From Octopus sinensis (lineage: Eukaryota): 64,000 nt of DNA. Positions 13,211 through 25,189 of the stretch are shown here, in pieces. The notes beneath the pieces are model-generated. The model was not told the origin of the DNA. It did no database searches and saw only the letters and a list, made by a program, of their open reading frames with translations. The DNA lies in the NCBI RefSeq assembly GCF_006345805.1, contig NW_021834205.1, forward strand, positions 17,448 through 81,447, read 5' to 3'. Position numbers and translations under genes: made by a program. Position 1 is the stretch's first letter, and each line of letters opens with the position of its first letter.

Positions 13211-13908
13211 CATCCGATCGGAAACAAGCGATTACAATGAACTGGAGAAAGACAAAAATTGAGGAAACTGACTCAGACAGCAAACGCAGAATCTGTGGAC
13301 AAAGAGACGAAAATATCCACTATCTCTGCTGTGTATGCAGTATGTTAGTACACGAAGAAAAACCATGGGCGCTGACTTGACTGTGTGGCTGTGCCGATAA
13401 GAGAGTGCAGTTTGATGCTAGCCGAAAGCATGGATTCAAAATATCAGAAAAGTGGTATGATCACGAGCAAGGGGTGTTGGTGAATGTTAGTTACCGGGAG
13501 ACCCCAATAAAGATCAATCGTACTGCTGGAGCAAAGAAGTGAGATATGACTTTAGTGGACAAAATGAGATAAAGTAAGATCATGGACTTTGCAATCTTAT
13601 ATGATAATCGAGTGGATACCAAAGAAAATGAGAAAACTCAATAATATTTGGACCTAGCCAAGGAAATGAAGACACTGTGGAAGATAAAGGTGACAATTTC
13701 TCAGGTAGTAATAGGAGCATTTGGTACAATACCTAAACTACTACCTAAGAGGTTGAAGGATACTGGAATTAAGACATGCATCGTCGACCTACTGAAATGT
13801 GCCATCATCTATTCCGCAAGATGCCTAAGAAAGGTTCTTGAAATTTGAAGAAATTTGTTATCACAAAATCTCATAACATCTGAACTAAAGTAGCGCATAA
13901 TCACTTTA
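13211..13908 (+). mobile_element. RLE-type non-LTR retrotransposon 3' end (R4/Dong-like), decayed
   Basis: RICGQRDENIHY (CCHC knuckle remnant), IMDFAI.YDNRVD.KE (PD-D/ExK region), YLDLAKEMKTLWKIKVTISQVVIGAFGTIPK...SARCLRKVLEI*; flanked by (TAA/CAA)n and (TAA)n. Confidence 0.8.
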
Positions 13909-13951
13909 TTATAATAATAATAGTAATAATAATAATAATAATAATAATAGT

Positions 13952-13994
<43 letters not shown>

Positions 13995-14025
13995 TAATAA
14001 TAATAGTAATAATAATAATAATAAT

Positions 14026-15105
14026 TGTTTCAAATTTGGGCAGCAAGGACAGAAATGTTGAACGAATGAGCTAGCTGATACTATCGACCGTAGTATGTGA
14101 CTTGTATTTGTTTTATCGACCCCGGGGTGGGGGAATGAAAGACAAAGTTGACTCCATCAGAATTTGAATTCAGAAGGTAATGTGTCGGAAGAAATACGAT
14201 TAAGCATTTTATTCGAAATTCTAACGATTCTGCCAGCTCGCAGTTTCCGTAACATTAATACAATTCTTTCTAATTTTGGTACAAGGACAGCAATATTGAG
14301 CGGTTGATTACATCGAACCCAGTAACCGAATGCTACTTTATTTTATAGACCCCGGAAGGATGAAAGGCAAAGTTGATCTCGGCGGAATTTGAACTCAGGA
14401 CGTAAAGACGGACGAAATGCCGCTTAGCACTTTGTCCGGCGTACTAATGATTCTGCCGGCTCGCCTCTTTATTGATTTAAAATTACGGCACAAGGCCAGC
14501 AACTTCAAGGGAGAAGTAAGTCGAGTAAGTCAACCCAATGTTCAAATGGTACTTCTTTTATCGACTCCGAAAGGATAAAAGGCAAAATGACCTCAGCGGA
14601 ATTTGAACTCAGAACGTAAAGATGGACGAAAGACCGCTAGGTATTTTACCCGGTGTGTTAACGATTCTGCCAGCTCGCCCCCTTAATAATAATAACAACA
14701 ATAATAATCCTTTTTATTACAGGCACATGGCCTGAATTTTACGGCACCATTGCTCAAACGTTAACACGCCGGGCGAAATGCTTAGCAGTATTTCGTCTGC
14801 TGCTACGTTCTGAGTTCAAATTCCACCGAGGTCAACTTTGCCTTTCATCCTTTCGGGGTCGATAAATTAAGTACCAGTTACGCACTGGGGTCGATGTAAT
14901 CAACTTAATACCTATGTCTGTCCTTGTTTGTCCCCTCTATGTTTAGCCCCTTGTGGATAATAAAGAAATAGGTATTTATTTTATCCGCTTCAAAAGGATG
15001 AAAACCCGACGTCGACCTCGGTGGAATTTGAACTCAGAACAGAAAGACGAACGAAAGGCTGCTAAGCATTTTGCCCGACGTGCAAATGATTCTGCCAGCT
15101 TGCCA
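14026..15105. mobile_element. Cluster of five SINE family B copies: three minus-strand tandem copies, plus a plus-strand copy (14752-14972) nested in a minus copy
   Basis: Repeated gaaaggatgaaaggcaaagt..cggcggaatttgaactcag cores. Confidence 0.85.
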
Positions 15106-15793
15106 CTTTTTAGCAAAAGTAATGATGAAAACAAACAAAAAGGAAAAAAAAGGGCAAAAAAAAACCACCAATGAAATCAGTGAATAAAAGACATGTAAAA
15201 CAACAGCTTAATCGACAAGCACGATAACAACAATAACAACTACATCAAAAAGTACAACAAATACAACGACCACAATGGGAACTTCAACGACAACAATATC
15301 GATGACAACTGCAACAGCGCCATCTCTACCACCACCACCACCACCACCACCACCATTGAGAAGAACAGCAACAACGACAACAACGGCATAAGGCCAACAG
15401 ATATATAGATGTCTATGAACTAAAGTGTTTCTGTGTTTGTAAAGAGGGAACAAAGCCCCAGGGCCGCGCAAAAAGGTTTCTACGTTCGTATTTGTTATAA
15501 TCATTATTGAAACATGTTCTAAAGAAAGCTATCGATCGCCTCAGCCATCGATCTTCGGACACTTCTGTTTGCCATCGAATTATGAACTTCTCAACGCCAG
15601 GCGAATAGGAGATGGGTGCTGAAACCACCCCGACCATACCCTGGACTTATATTTCTTTTCTCTTTTCCTGTTTTATTTTTTTTATTTTGTGTTGTTCTAG
15701 ATGACTCATTGGGGACACTTGAATATGTGTGTGTATACATTATTATATATATATTATATATATATATATATATTATATATATTATATATATAT

Positions 15794-15961
15794 AGGCGCA
15801 GGCGTGGCTGTGTGGTAAAAGGTTTGCCTCCGAACTACATGATTTAGGGTGCAGTCCCACTGCGTGGTACCTTGAGCAAGTACCTTGTATTATAGCCGCG
15901 AGACGTTCAAAGCCTTGTGAGTGGATTTGGTAGGCAGAATCTGAAAGAAGCCCATTGTGTC

Positions 15962-16012
<51 letters not shown>

Positions 16013-16312
16013 TGTGTGTGTATGGGTGGGTGATTGAGTGAGTGAGAGTGTTTGTGTGTGTGTGTGTATTGAGTGAGAGTATGTGTGTGTGTGTGTGTGA
16101 GAGAGAGAATGTGTGTGTCTTTGTATTTGTATTTGTCTCCCAACGGCGCTTGACAACCGGTATTGGGCTGTTTACGTTCCCCGTAACTTAACGGTTCGAC
16201 AAAATAGCTCGATATAATATGTACCACTCTTAAAAAAATTAACTACGTGTGTGTCGATCTAAAAAATTTTCAAGGTGGTGCCCCTGCACCGCCGCAGTCT
16301 AATGACTGAAAC
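15794..16312 (+). mobile_element. SINE family A, full length, long internal (TG)n
   Basis: aggcgcaggcgtggctgtgtggt head to aatgactgaaac tail. Confidence 0.9.
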
Positions 16313-16373
16313 ATGATATACACACACACACACACACACACACATACATACATACATACATACATACATACAT

Positions 16374-16800
16374 ACTCTTTACTCTTTACTCTTTTACTCT
16401 TTTACTTGTTTCAGTCATTTGACTGCGGCCATGCTGGAGCACCGCCTTTTTAGTCGAGGAAATCGACCCCGGAACTTATTCTTTGTAAGCCCAGTACTTA
16501 TTCTATCGGTCTCTTTTGCCGAACCGCTAAGTGACAGGGACGTAAACACACCAGCATCGGTTGTCAAGCAATGCTAGGGGGGCAAATACAGACACACAAA
16601 CACACACACACATACACATACATATATATATATACAAATACGATAGGCTTCTTTCAGTTTCCGTCTACCAAATCCACTCACAAGGCATTGGTCGGCCCGG
16701 GGCTATAGCAGAAGACCCTTGCCCAAGATGCCACGCAGTGGGACTGAACCCGGAACCATGTGGTTGGTTAGCAAGCTACTTACCACACAGCCACTCCTCC
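16374..16800 (-). mobile_element. SINE family A, young full-length copy
   Basis: (TAAAAGAG/TAAAGAG)n 3' tail, both boxes present. Confidence 0.95.
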
Positions 16801-16834
16801 TATATATATATACATATATATATATATATGAAAA

Positions 16835-17330
16835 GAAGAAAGAAAACGAAGAATTTGATATATAGACATTATTTTATTAGAACATTTTCAATTCCGAACA
16901 ATATCAAACCCATTGCAGCTACGATCGTTTCCATGCCTCATCAATTCAATTTGAGAAATTAAATTAAATCAAATTTCCATATCGAATATCCTTAACTGGG
17001 CATTTAGTTAGTAGAAGAATTTGATAGAAGGAAGCTACATTGCAATGTGTTGTTTGATCTTTGCTAGACTCATATTTGTGCAGATATCTGTGTCTAACAA
17101 GGGTTAAACAACACACTGGAATCTAGCTCCTTTATATCAAATTATTCCCCTGACGAAATTCCCAATTAATGATATTCGATGTCAAAATTTTAGTTAATTC
17201 AATTTAATTTCTCAAATTGATTTAGTTGGGTGTGGAAACAATTGTAGGTGCAATTGTTTTTATATAGTTCGAAATTGAAAATGGTCTAATAAATTAATGT
17301 CTAAATGTCAATTTCTGCGTTTTCTTTTTT
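16835..17330. repeat. ~500-bp imperfect palindrome (foldback/MITE-like element)
   Basis: Arms align as reverse complements from the ends to a centre near 17080. Confidence 0.85.
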
Positions 17331-17479
17331 CCTCCCATACAAAAATGGTAATTTACCCATATTCATCATCGCCAAACTAACATCTTTGGTTTTTCACTGA
17401 TATACTGGATAAAACTGGGCCCGTAAAACTCTCAGTTCGCCCCTTCAGTGCACTGATTTGCTTGCGGGTATTTCTTGCT

Positions 17480-18110
17480 GCCGAGACGATCTTCACATGC
17501 ACACATCAAACCAAACACACACACACCGTACTCACAGACCAAATATTCTACCAAACAAAAATGCTGCCATACAGTTTGCTGTTACAGCAAGTTTTAGCCC
17601 TCACAGGGCTTTACATGACATGAAAACTTATCTAAGATACAGGTATACACAACAGTCCTGATTCCTACTACACCACAATCCTAAAAATACTACCTCTCCA
17701 ACTCAGTATGGAGAAATATAAGAAAACTATGTCTATAGAAATACTTACATCGTCACTGGCTGGGAAACAATTCATCAAAATGTAAACTTTGAGAAATAGT
17801 AACTGTTGTGTTCCACGGAAGATCACCTTGCTCGCCTGTAATTATGGGAACTCCAAGAATTTAAGAGTACAGTAATAGTTTGTCATTGAAGGCAGAGCAA
17901 CATGCTCAGTACGTCCGATGCAGCCCACACGATTCATCACCGTGTACACTATGGTCCTCGGCTGGACATACACACAGTCTAAATCATTTATGGACGAACT
18001 GGGCCTGCGGGACTTTCTGGTTATATATGGTTATATATCTAATGGTTGCTGAGTCAGGCTGCCCAGCAGCCATGCAACAACGCCTAGTTGTCTCTCATGG
18101 GACTGCTCGA
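17480..18110 (+). mobile_element. Possible highly decayed RTE-like LINE fragment
   Basis: Weak motif resemblance only (YIVTGWET; C-terminal AAMQQRL). Confidence 0.25.
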
Positions 18111-18151
18111 TCAGAGTTAAACTACTGGGAAGCTACATACTTCAACCTCAA

Positions 18152-18387
18152 AAGGCGGCGAGCTGGCAGAACCGTTAGCACGCCGGGCGAAATGCTTAGC
18201 AGTATTTTGTCTGTCGTTACATTGTGAGTTCAAATTCCGCCAAGGTTGACTTTGCCTTTCATCCTTTCGGGGTCGATTAAATAAGTACCAGTTACGCACT
18301 GGGGGTCGATATAATCGACTTAATCCCTTTGTCTGTCCTTGTTTGTCCTCTCTGTGTTTAACCCCTTGTGGGTAGTAAAGAAATAGG
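18152..18387 (+). mobile_element. SINE family B, full length, 18-bp TSD
   Basis: TSD tacatacttcaacctcaa at 18134-18151 and 18388-18405. Confidence 0.95.
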
Positions 18388-18777
18388 TACATACTTCAAC
18401 CTCAACACCACCACCACCTCAACTACAACTGTTATTGCTTCCCTGACACAATCAACATTACCTCCAGTAGCAAAATCACAAACTCTGTCCTCACCTGCAT
18501 CCCCGACATCATCATCCCCAGTACCTCACAGCCACCTCCTTATCACCATTATCACCGCCAACAAAGTAATACACAACCGTCATCACTATATACTTGTGTG
18601 TGTGTGTGTGTGTGGCGGAAGGAGGAGTGTGTGTGTGTGTGGCGGAAGGAGGAGTGTGTGTGTGCTTGTATATATTTTTGTGAGTGAGTGTATTTGCGTG
18701 TATGAGTGTGTGCTTGTGCGTGTGCTTGTATATGTCTATTCGAGTGAGCGTATTTGCGTCTATGTGTGTGTGTGTGT

Positions 18778-18816
<39 letters not shown>

Positions 18817-18963
18817 TGTGTGTGTATCTGTATATGTTCTCGAATGGCGACAGAACAAAGCAAGTGTGACAATGAACTTGTTGCTACATCATTTCCTTTA
18901 CATATTGTTGTCTTGGCAACACAGGTGATGACGAATGACATCATGGTGTCATATGTACTGGAC

Positions 18964-18999
<36 letters not shown>

Positions 19000-19144
19000 T
19001 GTGTCTAACCGAACACAAGCTCAGACACTCACACGCTTATGAACATTTGCATGCAAGTATGTATGTATGTATCTATCTATGCATGTATATTTACATATAT
19101 ATATATATGTGTGGGTGTGTGTGTGTGTGTATGTGTGTGTATAT

Positions 19145-19214
<70 letters not shown>

Positions 19215-19312
19215 GATAAAATGTAGTAACTAAAGAATGAGACCTCGATATTTGATAAATAGACGATTATTTATATATGTTATAATTTAGAGCTAACAGT
19301 AAAAGTTTGTCA

Positions 19313-19376
19313 TTATAGTACTCGGAGTTTCAAACAACAGAGCGAAGAGCTACGATACATTCTCGTCGGCTATTAA
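19313..19376 (-). ncRNA. Degenerate type-I hammerhead ribozyme motif
   Basis: Minus: atag CCGACGA ... GAAA ctccgag TA ctat; homologous with its flank to 32501-32563. Confidence 0.45.
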
Positions 19377-19406
19377 TTCCGAGTACTAGAGTACTATATA
19401 TATATA

Positions 19407-19476
<70 letters not shown>

Positions 19477-19515
19477 TCTAAGTCTCTCTAAAGGAGATTA
19501 CAGCAGTGGTACTGG

Positions 19516-19927
19516 ATATTGATAGTTATCGCCAAACTAATATGGCAGTCCATAAATATAGAACGAAAGCTGCCGTTGATTAGCTCCAAGAGGCCATCGC
19601 CTCTAGCTAGCTATGTGACACACGAATCTGTGTCCACGAACCTGTGTCCACTAAATTTAGGTAAATAATCCTTCGAACAGACGGTCAGTAGCGACGCCTG
19701 TTGGGTTCGGCTATTCTGCATTGATAAAGGGCAAATATCCTGAAACTAGTCTGCAGATGCCTGACCAGTAAGGGGAGCGGCTGACCTCCCCTGTTCGAAG
19801 GTTATAATGGACATAGGTTTGTATGTCACATAACTAGCTAGAGGCGATAACCACTTGGAGCTATTCTACGGCAGCTTTCGTCCTATATTTATGGACTGCC
19901 ATATTAGCTTGCCGATAACTATTAATA
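19516..19927. repeat. ~105-bp inverted repeats (19516-19620 / 19824-19927) around a 200-bp spacer
   Basis: gatagttatcgccaaactaatatggcagtcc...ctagctatgtgaca versus its reverse complement. Confidence 0.9.
19715..19757 (+). ncRNA. Degenerate minimal hammerhead motif inside the inverted-repeat spacer
   Basis: tctgca TTGATAA agg-gcaaatat-cct GAAA ctag TC tgcaga; stems intact, two core substitutions. Confidence 0.5.
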
Positions 19928-20169
19928 TATATATATATGTAATTCTGTAGTGGGTATATAATATGTGGAAATTGACGATTTAAAAGTCTGTTATCAGCAT
20001 ATTGGCATGGAAATAATTTTCTTTTTGCCCTTGTTTATAAGTTGTTTATGATTTTAGCCTTTAAAGGTATTTTAATATGCCAATTTTTTGATGAAATTTG
20101 TTTCTGTAAAATAACTTCATCCTATATTAGTAGTAGTATATATATATATATATATATATACATTTACAT

Positions 20170-20202
<33 letters not shown>

Positions 20203-20254
20203 TACATACATATATACATACATACATACATACATACATACATACATACATACA

Positions 20255-20285
<31 letters not shown>

Positions 20286-20744
20286 TCATACATATTCATA
20301 CAGATATGTATATATATATATATATATATGTATATGCAGATGTCTGTGTCGCCTGTCGATTTCGTCATATGACCGTTCAGTCGACTGATGAGGTAAGCGA
20401 CCTCTTCATAGAACTAGCCTCCGACGTGCATGAGTATTCCGCAGACACATCTACCAATTAACGTAATTTGCATGCAGAATCAGCGTCACACACTGTGGCA
20501 AGGTATGATGTTGGGGTCTTTGAATTATAGGCGCAGTCTCACTGACGAGATTCTACACAGTTTCCGACTACCAAACTTCCCTCGTTTGGCTTGGAACAAC
20601 ATATGTTTATGGTAATGGTACTTACTCAACATGCTTATATGTACAACATGATACTCAGTAGTATCGAACGCAGGACCTGCAGTGGTGAGCAAAACTTCTT
20701 AAACTTACTGTCATGCATGCGTCTAGTCATACATATTTGTGTGT

Positions 20745-20782
<38 letters not shown>

Positions 20783-20788
20783 TATGTA

Positions 20789-21127
20789 TGAGAGGCTGTG
20801 TGGTAAGAAGCTTGTTTCGAAACCACATGGTTCCGGGTTTAGTCTCACTGCGTAACACCTTGGGCAATTGTCTTCTACTATAGCCACGGGCCGACCAAAG
20901 CTTGTGAGTGGATGTATATAAAATTAACAGAATGAGATAAAAATCCAATGCTGTAAAAGATTTCAGAACAATTATAAAGCCAAGATCTTATTGCTGTTTC
21001 CGGGATATTATATATATTCCTTCATCGGAAACGGTGAGAAAATGGTTAAGCAATAGTTATTCTAGAGAAGAGTGAAATAGAGTATATATATGTGTGTGTC
21101 TGTGTGTGTGTGTGTGTGTATGTATGC

Positions 21128-21158
<31 letters not shown>

Positions 21159-21385
21159 TGTGTTTCGTGTCTGTGTTTGTCTGCCCACCATTGCTTGACA
21201 ACCGATGTTGGTGTCCGTATGTCCCCGTAACTTAGCGGTTCGGCATATGAGACCGTTAGAATAAGTTCTAGCCTTACAAAGAATAAGTCCTCAGAGTCGA
21301 TTTCTTCGACTAAAAAACCCTTTAAGTCAGTGTTCCAACATGGCCGCAGTCAAATGACTGAAACAATTAAAAGAACAAAAGAATA
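20789..21385 (+). mobile_element. SINE family A split by a ~190-bp insertion (about 20916-21085)
   Basis: 5' half 20789-20915, 3' half about 21160-21385. Confidence 0.8.
20983..21030 (-). ncRNA. Degenerate Penelope-type hammerhead motif
   Basis: Minus: CCGATGA a gga-atatatataata-tcc cg GAAA cagc aa TA agatc. Confidence 0.35.
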
Positions 21386-22140
21386 TATTACATTAAGTGG
21401 GTGGTGGTGTTCTGTGTGTATGTGTGTATTATCTATATATATATATATATATATATATCTTTACCAGGAGGTGACTGTCTCATTGTCACACGGTTGGTCT
21501 TTTACTCTCCAATTTTTCTGTTCGATTCGTAAAAGACTTTTCATTCTATTTTCCGGAAGCGTACAGAAACTTACTACGCTTTGTTCACTCTTTTATCTCA
21601 TCTTTGTGGTCTTACTTTGCTTTACCCTCTCTCTCTCTCTTCTCTCTCTATTATATATATATATATATAATATATTATATATATATAATATAGTATATAT
21701 ATATATATATATATATATAATAATATTATATATATATTATATATATATATATATAATATATTACATACACTTGTATATATATATTATACATATCTATATA
21801 TATTATATATATATATATAGAGAGAGAGAGAAGGAGAGCGAGAGAGAGCGAGAGGAGAGAGAGAGATCATAATCGTAATCGTAGTATATCTGTTCTCTTA
21901 TGCGTCGTTGATGATAAGTAAAGGTGTGGTAGTACACTCATAGATTGTGTGCAGGGCACGTGAACGGAGATTGCATTCGGTAAAATGGATCAAATTGATA
22001 GAAAACATAGGAGCGCCAATATATATGAGTGCATGCGCTTTTATGAATGCGTGTGCCTGTATGTGTATACCTGATCATGTATGTATGTAATATATATATA
22101 GTGTTGATATATGTTCATGTAGATGTAGATATTGATAATT

Positions 22141-22233
<93 letters not shown>

Positions 22234-22628
22234 TATATATATATATTATATATATATATATATATTATATATATTATATATATTTCTATTATATATATAT
22301 GATATATATCACTAAGCGCATTTACGTGCGTTGTTGCATAATATTATTTATATATACCGTAGCGCAATATACTAGCATGTATATGTAGTAGTTATTTATA
22401 TTGTACGTGGTAGACATAATAACTGTTTATGACTACATTAGGTCTGAGTATATAATACTGTAAGTGACTAACTGTTTATTCGCTAGTCTTTTCATGTTTT
22501 GCCATATCGGAACTATACTTCTATTGAAATTAATATACAGTATTACACACATGCATGCACGCATACACACACACACAAACACATGTGCATGCACACATAG
22601 ACATGTATGTATGTTTGTATATATATAT

Positions 22629-23444
22629 AAATCAAAATAAGCAACAGTATATCAAAAGGTGATGCAGTACGACCGTTTCAAGCGGCTCCATTTAACTGAA
22701 GAATGCAATCATTACATCAAAGATAAAATTTAAGATTATTAAAAATGTTATTATAACCAGAATAGATAAAATGTCTATATATACCAATTTTCAACATTAG
22801 AAAGGAAAGATTACTTAATTACTCTTTAAGTGGTTTCTGTAAAGACTGCCCGGGGTATTTACTTATGGAATAATGGGGAGATAAATCATGCTATCTATAT
22901 ATTAATTATAAGCTAAGAATCTGAGAAAAAGAATCGGAAAAAGAAAAATAATAAAATAAGTTGTGCACAGATACATACTTATATTTAACTATGTGCACCC
23001 ATGCAAATATACACAAATATTTGTACTTATGGGTATTTTATAATCAACTCTCATAGACTTAAGTAACTAGAAAGTTTGGGACTCTATTTAAGAATATTAA
23101 CAACTTATAGGGAATAAGAGGTTAATAGGTAAAGGTATAGCTTGTAATTAATATATAGATAGTATGTTTTATCAGCCCAGTGTTTCATAAGTAAATACCC
23201 AGAAAATTGGTATATATACACATTTTATGTATTCTGGTTATAATATCATTTTTAATAACCTTAAATTTTATCTTTAGGCGCAGGAGTGGCTGTGTGGTAA
23301 GTAGCTTGCTAACCAACCACATGGTTCCGGGTTAAGTCCCACTGCGTGGCACCTTGGGCAAGTGTCTTCTACTATAGCCTCGGGCCGACCAATGCCTTGT
23401 GAGTGGATTTGGTAGACGGAAACTGAAAGAAACCCGTCGCCGTA

Positions 23445-23482
<38 letters not shown>

Positions 23483-24310
23483 TGGTGTTGCTTGTGTGTC
23501 TACGTGTCCCCCTAGCATTGCTTGACAACCGATGCTGGTGTGTTTACGTCCCGTTACTTAGCGGTTCGGCAAAAAGAGACCGATAGAATAAGTACTGGAC
23601 TTACAAAAGAATAAGTCCCGGGGTCGAGTTGCTCGATTAAAAGCAGTGCTCCAGAATGGCCGCAGTCATATGACTGAAACAAGTAAAAGAGTAAAGAGTT
23701 TATACAACATAACAATATTGTTTATATACAATCACCCATAGTATCCCATGATAATTTTCTCTGTATTAATAACATATGTTTTATTAGCGTCTTGCCCCTT
23801 TAACTGGTAATTAAGATCTTGGTTTGGGGTCTCTCCCCTACCCAGCCTCCTTTATAAACAGTTACTTTATACTAATACTAAAATCCCGATAATATTTATG
23901 ACCATACCCAGCTATAAACTGTCAACTCACTCCTGCTCTCCATTCTAAACGGACACAGTCCTTTTGTCTTAGATTTTGTAGTTGATAATAATACTAATAA
24001 ATTAAAAATTAACCACAATCCTTTACAAGCTATGACCCCAACAAACTCCATACAGTTCTTAGAAGTGTAGTATATTCTTAGCTACATTAGTGGCAACATG
24101 GACTCTTTCCCTATTCTTGCTCTATTAGAGCACTTGAGTAAAATTATATTAATCTGTCCAACTGATGAAAAAATTCTATTTATTTATTTATGCAACTGAG
24201 GATAGACCTGCAGTTAAATTGATGTAATGATTGCATTGTTCAATTAAATAGAGCCACTTGAAACGGTCGTACTGCGTCACCTCTTGATATCCTGTTGCTT
24301 ATTTTGATTT
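22629..24310. repeat. Interrupted foldback element: left arm 22629-22914; right arm 23138-23275 plus 24219-24310
   Basis: aaatcaaaataagcaacag..catcaaagataaaatttaag..ataagcta matches reverse complements of the two right-arm pieces. Confidence 0.8.
23276..23698 (+). mobile_element. SINE family A, young full-length copy
   Basis: aggcgcaggagtggctgtgtgg head; gtaaaagagtaaagag tail. Confidence 0.95.
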
Positions 24311-24405
24311 TATTCAACTTACTTTGAGTTGTATGGATAATACCATACTGATCTAGTACTTCAGTGTAAGTACGTAATTCAACTGAATCTCAATTATATA
24401 TATAT

Positions 24406-24438
<33 letters not shown>

Positions 24439-24625
24439 TTTATATATATTATAACCTATATATACATATATATATATGTATATATATCATATATATATAT
24501 ACACATGTATATATCATATATATATATACATATATAAAGTATGTATATACACAGGTAAATACATATATATATATATCTATATAATATATTATATACAGGT
24601 AAATACATATATACCTTATATATCT

Positions 24626-24670
<45 letters not shown>

Positions 24671-25009
24671 TGTGGGTGTGTGTGTGTGTGTGTTTGTATC
24701 GCAATACATGGATTCCCAGAATCATGTGGTTTTCACAGAAACCTCTTTCACTGGTCCCAGCTATCATACCACATAGTTATCTGATACGGATGAGTGTAAT
24801 GCAGAGTTCGATACAGCTGAAATTCAAATCCAATCGTTGAAACAACTTCATGAGAAGTATGTAAACCATAAAAAAAAATCAAGGGATATGAGATATGAAC
24901 GCATTTATTTAGCCACTTTTTATCTTTAGTTTCGTAGCTCAACACGTAATAACGATTACAGTGTATGATCAATTATTTTACATGTCTGTACTAATATGCT
25001 TGATATATA

Positions 25010-25189
25010 TTGTACAATACAATTGAACATTTTCAAATCAATGCAGATAAAGCAAACTAGCTCATCACATCACGAGCGTATCATGGCTAAGCCAATACTT
25101 CAAGCATCGGTTGAACCATGAGGTTCTGGTAAAGTGATCAGCTAGCTTTCTTTATCTGCATTGATTTGTATATACAGTTGTATTATACA
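25010..25189. repeat. Inverted repeat, ~57-bp arms (25010-25068 / 25134-25189)
   Basis: aaatcaatgcagataaagcaaactagctcatcac versus gtgatcagctagctttctttatctgcattgattt. Confidence 0.85.

Noticed and set aside
20340-20420. CTGATGA at 20385 and a GAAA hairpin on the opposite strand
   Set aside because: Core halves are not on the same strand with pairing stems I and III; no valid hammerhead fold
22720-24220. AT-rich stretch initially resembling a mitochondrial insertion (NUMT)
   Set aside because: No recognisable mitochondrial gene, tRNA or rRNA motif; much of it is explained by the foldback arms
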